A DNA stretch of 16,978 bases, taken from IMG/VR virus record IMGVR_UViG_2778261643_000006; one strand, given 5' to 3'. The stretch comes from a virus (Duplodnaviria > Heunggongvirae > Uroviricota > Caudoviricetes). The notes under the pieces were generated by a model. It ran no database searches. It was not told where the DNA came from and saw only the letters and a list, made by a program, of their open reading frames with translations. The position numbers were made by a program, and so were the translations under genes. Numbering within the stretch: the stretch's first letter is position 1; each line of letters starts with the position of its first letter. This document shows, piece by piece, positions 7,879 to 16,415 of the stretch.

Positions 7879-9974
7879 AACCATCCTCCGGAAGTCAGCC
7901 AGGGGTTAACATCGTCAGTTACTGTTTTCTTCCGTTTTTGTTTTTTAACAGGCGTGGATACCGGTTCCGGTGTGGGTGACGGTTCGGTACTGTCCGGGAC
8001 ACACTCCAGCCAGGTTTCCCGGCTCGCCCACTCCGGTGCATCCGGCCAGCGGATCTTTTCGTATCCATGCAGAATGACCAGAGCCTCGGCATACACCATC
8101 AGGTCAAAAGCTTCGTTGGCACCGCGACCTGGCTTACTCCATTTCCCGTCACTGCTCCGCTCTTCATACGTCAGTTCGTCGTAAAACCAACTCCCCAGCC
8201 AGTCAGGGAAATGCACATAGCCGGGACCTGGCGAGTCACGCCATAACGCGTTATTCACCCGGTCTTTCAGTGCATCCGTCTGAAGAAGCCAGAGCGGCAC
8301 ATCACCTGCGGCCTGCGCCCGTCGGCCCGTTCGTCCGGTGTTATCAGGGAATGTACGGGTGATCAGTTTTGCGCGCCGGATGCTGTCGCCCTTAAACAGG
8401 TAAATACGTTTACCAAGGCCATCACGACGGCAACGACGCCAGAATTTATAGGCATTATCAGTGACCCCGTCTTCACCGCCGGAGTCCACCGCCATTGCCA
8501 TCAGTCGCATTTGTTGAGAAGGATCGGAGGCCAGCGGCCAGCTTTTATGAAAAACATCCGTCAGCAGGACATCCCAGTCTTCCGGATAGCTGGCCGGATC
8601 AATTCGCTGGCTCTCCCCGTCGCTGTCACCGCGCAATGACTGCGTGATGTTGTAACGATCAATAATCCAGCGTTCGCCACGGCTGCCATAGCCCGTTACC
8701 TGAACCACAAAACGGCGATGACGTCCCGCCTGCACATCCACTGTCGCCACAAGGAAATTAATGCCATCCGGCACACTGCGGGAAGGAACTGGCTCTGCCC
8801 GCTGCTCAAGCAGTTCACTTTTTCGTTGCTCCATGCTGGCACGAGGAAGATAAGGCAATCCCCAGTCGGTGTTGATAACCGCCCTGAGTGTTTCTTCGCT
8901 TCCTGTCGCTTCATACTCCTGTTCTGCAGTCAGTAATTTGTAAACCAGTTGCGCCCAGGTCTGATACGCAGCAGCTGGCCCTTCCATCCAGAAACTGGCG
9001 ATACGGGAGCGGCGCGGTTCACCGGAAACGTTGCCGTTACGATCAATGACCTGACCTTCACGCAACCAGACTCCTGCACTATTGAGCTCACGCTTTTTCT
9101 CCGCAGTGATAATGCCGCTGCAGTGCGGGCAAAGTAGATACGCCGCCTCACTGGCTTTAAAGGGATCCGGTTCATTACGGTAGCCGGTCATGGCATCCAT
9201 GGCTGGCTGAAAATATTCACCGCAGTGCGGACATGACCAGTACCAGCGGCGGCGGTCACCACGATTGTAAAGGGAAAGAATACCAGTCGTCGGTGGCGCT
9301 TCATGAGGCGACTTACGTCGCCATTTGCTGTCGCAGATGTCACGTCCCGGCGAGCTCTCCACCAGAGTCATCCCGGCGGACATAAATGTGGTGGTACGTT
9401 TTGAGGCCAGGGAGAAACCATCACCCTCGCTGTCGATATTCTCCGGAAAACGGTCGTAATCGGTTAAGGCGACAAACCGGTAATCCGACGACGACATAAT
9501 GTTGACCGAGGGCCAACCAATTTTAAGGAACGAGCCATCCCTGAACGTCTTATCATGGACATTATTGTCGTTACGACGTGGACTCATTCTTTTCTTTACC
9601 GCCGCACTGCTTCTGAACGTTCTGTCGAGGCGCTTTTTAGAATGCTCGCGGGCCTTATCTTCGGTCATCTGCACAACGAGCATGTCCGAAGGATCGCAAA
9701 CGATGGTATAGACAATCCATCCATCGATCAGACCAATGGTCTTCCCTGTTCGCGCAGGACCAACAAAAATCACCGCATCGTATTCACGCGATGCCAGGCA
9801 GTTCATGGGCTCAATGATGTAGGGTGTCAGTTCAGGATCCCATGGCACCGAGTTACCAGCCCCCTTGGGAACACGCATGAATTTTTTAACAGCCTCCGAA
9901 ATCGGCATGCGACGTGGTGGGGAAAATCCTGCCGATATGTCCCTTCCCAAATTTCGGGCTGATGAAAAACCCAT
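7875..9974 (-). CDS. Terminase large subunit (lambda gpA-like)
   Basis: 699 aa. N-terminal ATPase region with Walker A-like VGPARTGKT, paired Cys motifs (CPHCGEYF...CPHCSG) and a C-terminal nuclease region, in the arrangement of lambda gpA. ATG 9972-9974 is preceded by GGAGG directly after the Nu1-like stop. Confidence 0.92.
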   Translation of the reverse strand: MGFSSARNLGRDISAGFSPPRRMPISEAVKKFMRVPKGAGNSVPWDPELTPYIIEPMNCLASREYDAVIFVGPARTGKTIGLIDGWIVYTIVCDPSDMLVVQMTEDKAREHSKKRLDRTFRSSAAVKKRMSPRRNDNNVHDKTFRDGSFLKIGWPSVNIMSSSDYRFVALTDYDRFPENIDSEGDGFSLASKRTTTFMSAGMTLVESSPGRDICDSKWRRKSPHEAPPTTGILSLYNRGDRRRWYWSCPHCGEYFQPAMDAMTGYRNEPDPFKASEAAYLLCPHCSGIITAEKKRELNSAGVWLREGQVIDRNGNVSGEPRRSRIASFWMEGPAAAYQTWAQLVYKLLTAEQEYEATGSEETLRAVINTDWGLPYLPRASMEQRKSELLEQRAEPVPSRSVPDGINFLVATVDVQAGRHRRFVVQVTGYGSRGERWIIDRYNITQSLRGDSDGESQRIDPASYPEDWDVLLTDVFHKSWPLASDPSQQMRLMAMAVDSGGEDGVTDNAYKFWRRCRRDGLGKRIYLFKGDSIRRAKLITRTFPDNTGRTGRRAQAAGDVPLWLLQTDALKDRVNNALWRDSPGPGYVHFPDWLGSWFYDELTYEERSSDGKWSKPGRGANEAFDLMVYAEALVILHGYEKIRWPDAPEWASRETWLECVPDSTEPSPTPEPVSTPVKKQKRKKTVTDDVNPWLTSGGWL

Positions 9975-9982
9975 TATTCCTC

Positions 9983-10510
9983 CTAGAGACTCTCTCCTTC
10001 CTCATCAGGAATTAATTCAGCAGCACAAGCCTCGTAGGATTTTTCCTGAAGAGTGTATCGCAGGTCATCAATTGCCTGCTGTACAACGCCGACGGCCTGA
10101 GGAGTCAGGGCGCAATCGCGTTCAAGAACATCCGGAATTGTCTCCAGAACCTGGACGACAGCCTTTCTCATGGACGAATAGACGATGACTACTTCATCAA
10201 CGGGGATGAGTTTTCGCTGCTCCTTTTCCAGCTTGATCCTTTCATTTTCAGACTGGTACCAGTCCTTTCTCTCTTTCGGCTCCATACGGGATGGATCATG
10301 AACAGAGTCTGCTGCCTCATGCTTCACACTAAACAGGGCTGGCCCGACATGCTGCAGGGCGTAAACGGGGTTCCCCCTGACAGTCGCAGCCACAGGAGTG
10401 TTGGCCGCGAGACGCCGTTTTTTTACTGTGTCCCGGTGAAGCCCAAAGGCCTCAGCGATTTTAAAAACACTCCAGTAATAAGCATCACCGATCCCGCTCA
10501 CATTTGACAT
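9983..10510 (-). CDS. Terminase small subunit (lambda Nu1-like)
   Basis: N-terminal helix-turn-helix-like region (YYWSVFKIAEAFGLHRDTVKKR) and ERKDWYQSENERIKLEKEQRKL parallel lambda Nu1 (KWYAERDAEIENEKLRREVEEL). Sits directly upstream of the large subunit. Start re-assigned to ATG 10508-10510 (GGAG upstream). Confidence 0.75.
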   Translation of the reverse strand: MSNVSGIGDAYYWSVFKIAEAFGLHRDTVKKRRLAANTPVAATVRGNPVYALQHVGPALFSVKHEAADSVHDPSRMEPKERKDWYQSENERIKLEKEQRKLIPVDEVVIVYSSMRKAVVQVLETIPDVLERDCALTPQAVGVVQQAIDDLRYTLQEKSYEACAAELIPDEEGESL

Positions 10511-10539
10511 AAGCAACTCCATCTGGCAGGTGAAAATCA

Positions 10540-10734
10540 TGTTTATTTATATATTTCAATTAATTGTAAACTGATCTAATGACAGGGAGAAAAAAATATT
10601 GTACAGGTAAAAAGAGAAATAACTTTTAATTATCAATAAATTACCAAACATGCTGCCGCCGCCATGGAAATGCAAAAACTAGCCTTTTTCCGCGACGCTC
10701 CCGCCCCGTGGCAGGGGCCCCCACCGGGAGGACC
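10540..10734 (-). other. Putative cos region (cosN-like core near 10690-10710, cosB-like AT-rich segment toward Nu1)
   Basis: Minus strand reads CACGGGGCGGGAGCGTCGCGGAAAAAGG, closely parallel to lambda cosN and flanks (TTACGGGGCGGCGACCTCGCGGGTTTTCGC), followed by an AT-rich segment before the Nu1-like start, as in lambda. Confidence 0.45.
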
Positions 10735-10783
10735 CGACAGCCTGACAGCCTGACAGCCTGACAGCCTGACAGCCGTGACGAGC
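10735..10783. repeat. Direct tandem repeat of the octamer CTGACAGC (4 perfect copies with degenerate flanking copies)
   Basis: Read directly: cgacagc ctgacagc ctgacagc ctgacagc ctgacagc cgtgacgagc. Units are head-to-tail with no spacers. Located on the upstream (cosQ) side of the cosN-like core. Confidence 0.9.
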
Positions 10784-10910
10784 ATCTGATACAGCGCTTT
10801 ACATAATGGCATAGGAATAATTCAGAAGGACATCACAGCATGCCCACACAAATTAGTGTGAGTGTCCTGTTTCTTCCTACGCACAGGACTGACGAGCATG
10901 AGGGGAAAAT

Positions 10911-11078
10911 ATGCGAACCATAAATGCCTCATCTTCAGCAATGCAGCCGGCATCCGAACAGGACGATATTGTAAATTCACCTAATTACGAGGACATTGCA
11001 GTAGTTGAATTGCAGCTCTGTATTAGCCTGACAGTGACAGAATGCGATATTGACTCTGTCACAGGTGAAATAGTTTGA
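10911..11078 (+). CDS. Hypothetical small acidic protein (55 aa)
   Basis: ATG at 10911 preceded by GAGGGGAAAAT; translation MRTINASSSAMQPASEQDDIVNSPNYEDIAVVELQLCISLTVTECDIDSVTGEIV. Below the ORF-track size cutoff. Convergent with the 68-aa ORF. Confidence 0.35.
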   Translation: MRTINASSSAMQPASEQDDIVNSPNYEDIAVVELQLCISLTVTECDIDSVTGEIV

Positions 11079-11098
11079 ATGATTAGCAGTTATGGTGC

Positions 11099-11305
11099 TC
11101 AGTCAACCACCAGGGAATAATCCTTCGAATTCTTATCGTGCTTCACCAACGCTGCCTCAATTGCCCTGAATGCTTCCAGAGACACCTGATGTTCTATACA
11201 TGCAATTACAACATCCGGGTAACTCATAGAAATGGTGCTATTAAGCATATTTTTTACACGAATCAGATCCAACGAGAGTTCATCAGCAGATTGTTCTTTA
11301 TTCAT
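11099..11305 (-). CDS. Hypothetical small protein (68 aa)
   Basis: ATG 11303-11305 with GGAG upstream; protein-like composition ([68 protein letters not shown]). The antisense track ORF 11138-11344 is Cys/His/Arg/Phe-rich and looks spurious. Confidence 0.5.
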   Translation of the reverse strand: MNKEQSADELSLDLIRVKNMLNSTISMSYPDVVIACIEHQVSLEAFRAIEAALVKHDKNSKDYSLVVD

Positions 11306-11605
11306 TTTGTCGCTCCATGCGTTTGCTCGTCATCTAGCGGTTAAAATATTACTTCAAATCTTACTGCATAAAAGAGGAAAAGTATGAAAGTTTGAGTACA
11401 TCGACCTTACATACATCTGTCGGTTGCATATCCCTCCTGGATGCCAGCAAGGCTCAATTTTGTTACGCAATCAACACTATTCATTAAAAACAGGCTTAAT
11501 ATTTGACATAAATCATCAACAAAACACAAAGAGGTCAGACCAGATTGAAACAATAAACACGATAATGCAAACTACGCGCCATCGTATCACATGGAAGGTT
11601 TACCA

Positions 11606-12016
11606 ATGGCTCAGGCTGCCATTTTTAAAGAAATATTCGATCAAGTGCGTAAAGATTTAAACTGTGAATTATTTTATTCTGAGCTAAAACGTCACAATAT
11701 CTCACTTTATATTTACTATTTAGCCACAGATAATATTCACATTGTGTTAGAAAACGACAACATAGTGTTAGTAAAAGGACTCAAAAAGGTTGTAAATGTT
11801 AAATTCTCCAGAAACAAACATCTTATAGAGACCTCCTATAATAAGTTGAAATCAAAAGAAATCACATTTCAACAATACAGGGAAAATCTTGCTAAAGCAG
11901 GAGTTTTCCGATGGGTTACAAATATCCAGGAACACCAAAGATATTACTATGCCTTTGATAACTCATTACTATTTACTGAAAGCATCCAGAAAACTACACA
12001 GATCTTACCACGCTAA
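11606..12016 (+). CDS. DUF1398-family protein (YdfO/YbcV-like), 136 aa
   Basis: ATG 11606 preceded by GGAAGG; translation [51 protein letters not shown].... Length and position (between cos/terminase and gnsB) match K-12 Qin ydfO as recalled; the family assignment is from memory. Confidence 0.65.
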   Translation: MAQAAIFKEIFDQVRKDLNCELFYSELKRHNISLYIYYLATDNIHIVLENDNIVLVKGLKKVVNVKFSRNKHLIETSYNKLKSKEITFQQYRENLAKAGVFRWVTNIQEHQRYYYAFDNSLLFTESIQKTTQILPR

Positions 12017-12024
12017 ACCATAAC

Positions 12025-12053
12025 GTCCGGCTTCTCTCACTCCTGAGCCGGAC
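12025..12053 (+). terminator. Hairpin downstream of the YdfO-like gene (possible weak terminator)
   Basis: GTCCGGCT - 13-nt loop - AGCCGGAC, followed by TGCATTGGTTT; the U-tract is weak. Confidence 0.3.
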
Positions 12054-12104
12054 TGCATTGGTTTAATAAAAACCATCAACAATTGTGATTTAGATATTCG
12101 GAAC

Positions 12105-12140
12105 CATTCAAATATAACAAAACCCCGTAAAAACGAGGTT
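12105..12140 (-). terminator. Putative Rho-independent terminator downstream of the gnsB-like gene
   Basis: On the minus strand: AACCTCG-TTTTTA-CGGGGTT imperfect hairpin followed by TTGTTATATTTG. Confidence 0.4.
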
Positions 12141-12167
12141 TATGGATAAATTTTATTATTGAATACA

Positions 12168-12344
12168 TCAGATTAAATTAATCTTGACATCATAGCTTTC
12201 AAGACCCGTCATTTTTTCCCGTGCGGTAAACTGAATACTGGTAACTTCTTTCCCGGTCTTTTTCTTAAGTTCAATAATTTTTTTTGTTATATATTCAGAA
12301 ATATCTGCTTCTGCTTTTGTTTTTAAGTTTTCAATATTCATCAT
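12168..12344 (-). CDS. gnsB: GnsA/GnsB-family small protein (58 aa)
   Basis: Not in the ORF track (under 60 aa). Translation MMNIENLKTKAEADISEYITKKIIELKKKTGKEVTSIQFTAREKMTGLESYDVKINLI matches the GnsA/GnsB family. AAGAGGAA precedes ATG 12342-12344. Confidence 0.8.
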   Translation of the reverse strand: MMNIENLKTKAEADISEYITKKIIELKKKTGKEVTSIQFTAREKMTGLESYDVKINLI

Positions 12345-12389
12345 TTCCTCTTTTAGTCTGTTATGACTTTCCAGTTACACAGTAAGTCG

Positions 12390-12420
12390 ATTATATGGTG
12401 CAAACGTGTAAAAGATAAGA
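12390..12420 (-). promoter_or_regulatory. Candidate sigma70 promoter for the gnsB-like gene (perfect -10 TATAAT, weak -35)
   Basis: Minus strand TATAAT at 12395-12390, about 45 nt upstream of the gnsB-like ATG; best -35 at 17-nt spacing is TTATCT. Confidence 0.3.
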
Positions 12421-12512
12421 TGAAACATCGCAATAATCAACATACGATAGTCTAAATTTTACACAAACAGACAAAGAGAATTTTCCTGAATTATCAATAC
12501 AATAGCATCAAA

Positions 12513-12743
12513 TCAACTCAAGAGCCTTATTGCTGCTTCCAGAATTTCTTCTGAAGTAACATGTCGATCCGCGGCTACATAAATGACTTTATGATCTCCG
12601 GTCAGAGATGGAAACCCTGCGGCCATTACAGTAAGGTGTGTTTTTTCGCCATTTGGATATTCACGCATGATGGTGTTAACTCCAGTCATCGCTGGCACTA
12701 CCACTGCTGGTTCAGAGTTAAAAAAAACTATGATTTTTTTCAT
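12513..12743 (-). CDS. Small protein, YnfN-like by position (76 aa from ATG)
   Basis: Translation MKKIIVFFNSEPAVVVPAMTGVNTIMREYPNGEKTHLTVMAAGFPSLTGDHKVIYVAADRHVTSEEILEAAIRLLS. The track ORF begins at an upstream TTG; ATG at 12741-12743 chosen, with weak SD. The gene between gnsB and cspI in K-12 Qin is ynfN; the sequence itself was not recognised. Confidence 0.6.
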   Translation of the reverse strand: MKKIIVFFNSEPAVVVPAMTGVNTIMREYPNGEKTHLTVMAAGFPSLTGDHKVIYVAADRHVTSEEILEAAIRLLS

Positions 12744-12785
12744 GATGTTACCGTAGTATGTGAGTATCCATCGAATAGATACCAA

Positions 12786-12807
12786 GCAAAAAAGCTCCCG
12801 AAGGAGC
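12786..12807 (-). terminator. Rho-independent terminator downstream of cspI
   Basis: On the minus strand: GCTCC-TTCG-GGAGC hairpin followed by TTTTTTG, about 200 nt downstream of the cspI stop. Confidence 0.6.
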
Positions 12808-13014
12808 CTTCATTTTCACTTTTTTAAATCCAACGACAGACGGCTGGCATTTAAGTATTGTGAAATATTATCAAATGTAATCATCATTGATTTACAAAAG
12901 ATACATTTTGCCCCGAAAGGATTCATGTCAGAAACATCAAAAGATGATGTTCTATACTGGGAACCATGACAACACGGGCATCTAAAGTGAATATGGTTTG
13001 TAATATTGTCTACC

Positions 13015-13227
13015 TCAAAGCGCCACTACATGAACAGCGGCAGGACCTTTAGGTCCGTTCTCAATACCAAATTCAACTTCCTGATTCTCAGTTAATGTTT
13101 TGAAATCGTTGCTCTGAATTGCTGAGAAATGGACAAACACATCTTTGCTGCCATCTTTCGGCGTGATGAAACCAAAACCTTTTTCAGGGTTAAACCATTT
13201 CACTAAACCAGTCATTTTGTTAGACAT
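13015..13227 (-). CDS. cspI: Cold-shock protein CspI (CspA family)
   Basis: 70 aa, [70 protein letters not shown], with canonical cold-shock RNP motifs (KGFGFI, VFVHF). Matches K-12 Qin CspI as recalled. Confidence 0.9.
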   Translation of the reverse strand: MSNKMTGLVKWFNPEKGFGFITPKDGSKDVFVHFSAIQSNDFKTLTENQEVEFGIENGPKGPAAVHVVAL

Positions 13228-13323
13228 AATTATTACCTTTTGAAGAAATTAGCCCTTGGGCAGAATGGTCCGAAAAAAAATATCAGAGAGAAAAACCAAC
13301 AAGGAAATCTCAAGAGGTACAAA

Positions 13324-13345
13324 TAATAAAATTATAACAATGACT
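13324..13345 (-). promoter_or_regulatory. Candidate extended -10 promoter (TGtTATAAT) for cspI
   Basis: Minus strand TG-T-TATAAT at 13339-13331, about 100 nt upstream of the cspI ATG within an AT-rich leader region. No convincing -35. Confidence 0.3.
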
Positions 13346-13590
13346 GCTTCAGATAAATTTGTAACAAACCAGAACACCATTAACGCATGATTAACCACCC
13401 ATAGCAAGGATTACTTTTGTAAAGAAAAACACAGCAATGAAAGAATAGCTTTATTTATTAATAATAACGTGTCATTCTGATTAAGACCTTTTATCTTACC
13501 CTTAAGATTTCAGGAATTTTGGCTCATGGAAGAGTCCTTTTTATTTAAATTTTACATTCCGCGATGTAAATGTTCCGATTTAATATTACC

Positions 13591-14614
<1,024 letters not shown>

Positions 14615-14618
<4 letters not shown>

Positions 14619-14926
14619 ATATATTTATGATGAGGACGCTCGTGCTTATTGGCAGGATTTTCAATCTTAAAGGAGTACTGATGCTGCAGATAAGACTCAA
14701 CTTTTTCTGACAATTTTTCTGCTACTTCCAGGAAGACTTGCCGGACGCTCCTTCTGGCTGCTGCCTCATAAAACTCCAGCGCAGCTCCTTCAACACGGTC
14801 CATGGCGACATCCAGGTCAAAAATTTCACCGTCAAAGCGTTCTTTGTCCTGTAAGGCTACAGTTACCGTAACTTTATTCTCAAAATTACGGACTCCTTTC
14901 ACAACCAGTTCATAGTCTTGAGTCAT
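14615..14926 (-). CDS. YdfR-like protein of unknown function (103 aa), inside the lysis cassette
   Basis: ATG 14924-14926 is 5 nt after the holin stop, with AGGAG inside the holin 3' end; its stop overlaps the endolysin ATG as ATGA. Length and position match K-12 Qin ydfR as recalled. No recognisable catalytic motif or hydrophobic segment. Confidence 0.7.
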
Positions 14927-14930
14927 TGGA

Positions 14931-15146
14931 TTACTCTCCTCTCGCAGCCTTACGCCTGTCTTCTTTAATCTTGAAATAAAGATTTGTCAGATACGTCAGC
15001 AGGCCAAAAACCAGGCTACCCAGCACACCGATTGCAGCCCACTGTGACGGAGTTACTTTATCGAGTAACTGCAATGCCCAGAAACCAGCATTACCCGCCG
15101 ATGTGCCATAGGCAACACCTGTTGTTAACTTATCCATTGATTTCAT
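14931..15146 (-). CDS. Class II holin / pinholin (phage 21 S21-like) with dual-start motif
   Basis: From [71 protein letters not shown] (71 aa), near-identical in pattern to P21 S21 with its Met-Lys-Ser-Met dual start. The track ORF has a 25-aa N-terminal extension, rejected. Coordinates are from ORF-track arithmetic; my base counting near 15060 was off by one. Confidence 0.85.
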   Translation of the reverse strand: MKSMDKLTTGVAYGTSAGNAGFWALQLLDKVTPSQWAAIGVLGSLVFGLLTYLTNLYFKIKEDRRKAARGE

Positions 15147-15365
15147 ATCCTCACCCCGATGTACACGGATGGTGCAATATGTTTGAAAAGATCGGAGTCT
15201 ACGGGGTAGTTTTGACAGCACACGCTGTTCTCAACGGCGCTAAAGAAACATACACATTAAAAATGTGAGTAATTATTTTGAAAGAAAGTCATATATAAAA
15301 TAATAATACGAGAAATGTTTTCATATTTAGTGTACTGTATACGGCCATTTATACAGGAAAAGCCT

Positions 15366-15536
15366 ATGTCAGAACGTAAAGACTCAAAATCACGCCGTAA
15401 TTATCTCGTTAAATGTTCCTGCCCAAACTGCACCCAAGAGTCAGAACACAGTTTTTCAAGAGTACAAAAAGGTGCCCTTTTGATCTGCCCTCATTGCAAC
15501 AAAGTATTCCAGACAAATCTTAAAGCTGTAGCCTGA
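15366..15536 (+). CDS. Small zinc-ribbon protein (56 aa; two CxxC pairs)
   Basis: ATG 15366 preceded by AGGAAA; translation MSERKDSKSRRNYLVKCSCPNCTQESEHSFSRVQKGALLICPHCNKVFQTNLKAVA with CPNC...CPHC. Possibly corresponds to a small Qin zinc-binding protein, but not recognised with certainty. Confidence 0.55.
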   Translation: MSERKDSKSRRNYLVKCSCPNCTQESEHSFSRVQKGALLICPHCNKVFQTNLKAVA

Positions 15537-15594
15537 TTGATTTTATTAGTAACAAGTATTTTTTATATTTTAATAATATATTTAAAGCAGATAA

Positions 15595-15616
15595 TAAAAA
15601 ACCCGCCTGAGCGGGT
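15595..15616 (-). terminator. Rho-independent terminator (strong on minus strand, possibly bidirectional)
   Basis: Plus strand AAAAAA-ACCCGC-CTGA-GCGGGT-TTGAG. On the minus strand the hairpin is followed by TTTTTTATTAT. Lies about 285 nt downstream of the cspB stop and about 60 nt downstream of the zinc-ribbon ORF. Confidence 0.7.
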
Positions 15617-15899
15617 TTGAGATTGTGGTGCTTTTTGTGGGAGTCATCCACTTACGCACTTTGTTTTGCCATGCCAGCAGTTAGCTTCTGCTGTAAAACT
15701 ATTCATGCAGCAAACCTGCACTTCACCACAATGGTTAGCATACTTTTCCTGATTAAGATTTTGCCAAATATGCTGGCCATTGTTTCATGTATTGGACCTC
15801 CTTAATTTTTATTAAAGAAATCCAATATTCACTACTCTGTCCGTATCTCTACTCAGGCATCAGCCTTCTTCGTTATCGTATACAGACGAGCGATGAATT

Positions 15900-16115
15900 T
15901 TAATCAGTAATGATGACATTTGCTGCTGCAGGACCTTTAGCACCACTCTCTATAGAGAAGGTAACCTTTTGACCTTCAAATAAGGTTCGATAATTATCAT
16001 TCTGAATCGCAGAAAAATGCACAAACACATCTTTACTACCATCAACAGGAGAAATAAAGCCGAAACCTTTATCAGCGTTAAACCATTTTACTAAACCAGT
16101 CATTTTATTTGACAT
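15900..16115 (-). CDS. cspB: Cold-shock protein CspB (CspA family)
   Basis: 71 aa, [71 protein letters not shown]. Divergent from cspF as in K-12 Qin. Confidence 0.9.
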   Translation of the reverse strand: MSNKMTGLVKWFNADKGFGFISPVDGSKDVFVHFSAIQNDNYRTLFEGQKVTFSIESGAKGPAAANVIITD

Positions 16116-16415
16116 TCTACATTCCTTAACTTGAGCCTTTCGGCATAAATGGTTTGCATAACAGAAACGACTTCGTACTTAATTGGAGAGACTCAAAGAA
16201 GGAATAAGTGAATAACACCTGAAATGAGAACTGCTTTAGTAAACTACTTCGTATATCGTCTGTTCTTCAAACCGACGCAATCATTAACGCATAGTTGAAC
16301 ATATGAAGCAATGTTTATTTTAGACATCCAGCCATCTTCAACCCCATCAAAAAACTATAGCTTTCTTCAGGAACGTGTGTATAGTGCGCCAAGTTATCAG
16401 TATTAAGGAATTTTT

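Noticed and set aside
6849-9962. Multiple short ORFs on both strands inside the portal and terminase large-subunit genes
   Set aside because: They overlap strongly supported long ORFs with clear homology and have no independent start signals.
10735-10783. Octamer tandem repeat considered as a CRISPR array
   Set aside because: Units are 8 bp and directly abutting with no spacers, and there are no cas genes. It is a simple tandem repeat.
11138-11344. Plus-strand 68-aa ORF antisense to the 68-aa minus-strand ORF
   Set aside because: Translation is rich in Cys, His, Arg and Phe and has no RBS, whereas the minus-strand ORF has GGAG upstream and protein-like composition. The call is not certain.
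11384-11395. Mini-ORF ATG-AAA-GTT-TGA (MKV) preceded by AAGAGGAAAAGT
   Set aside because: The SD-plus-start context is strong, but three codons is too short to assert function from sequence alone; it could be chance in an AT-rich intergenic region. Noted in case ribosome profiling data exist.
11424-11660. Plus-strand 78-aa ORF overlapping the start of the YdfO-like gene
   Set aside because: It overlaps the better-supported ATG at 11606 (SD GGAAGG) and has an implausible low-complexity translation.
12760-12969. Plus-strand 69-aa ORF between the YnfN-like gene and cspI
   Set aside because: It spans the cspI terminator hairpin and 3' region, has no RBS and a basic low-complexity translation.
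15147-15221. 25-aa N-terminal extension of the holin ORF in the track (start at 15221)
   Set aside because: The extension precedes the conserved S21 dual-start motif MKSMDK; the holin starts at the internal Met codons. While counting bases by eye near 15057-15063 I found an apparent 1-nt frame inconsistency; since the ORF track shows a continuous frame I treat this as my counting error, not a frameshift.
15617-15805. Plus-strand 62-aa ORF downstream of the bidirectional terminator
   Set aside because: It starts immediately after the terminator hairpin without RBS and has a hydrophobic Cys/Phe-rich translation. The minus-strand mini-ORF with a canonical RBS in the same region is the more credible signal.
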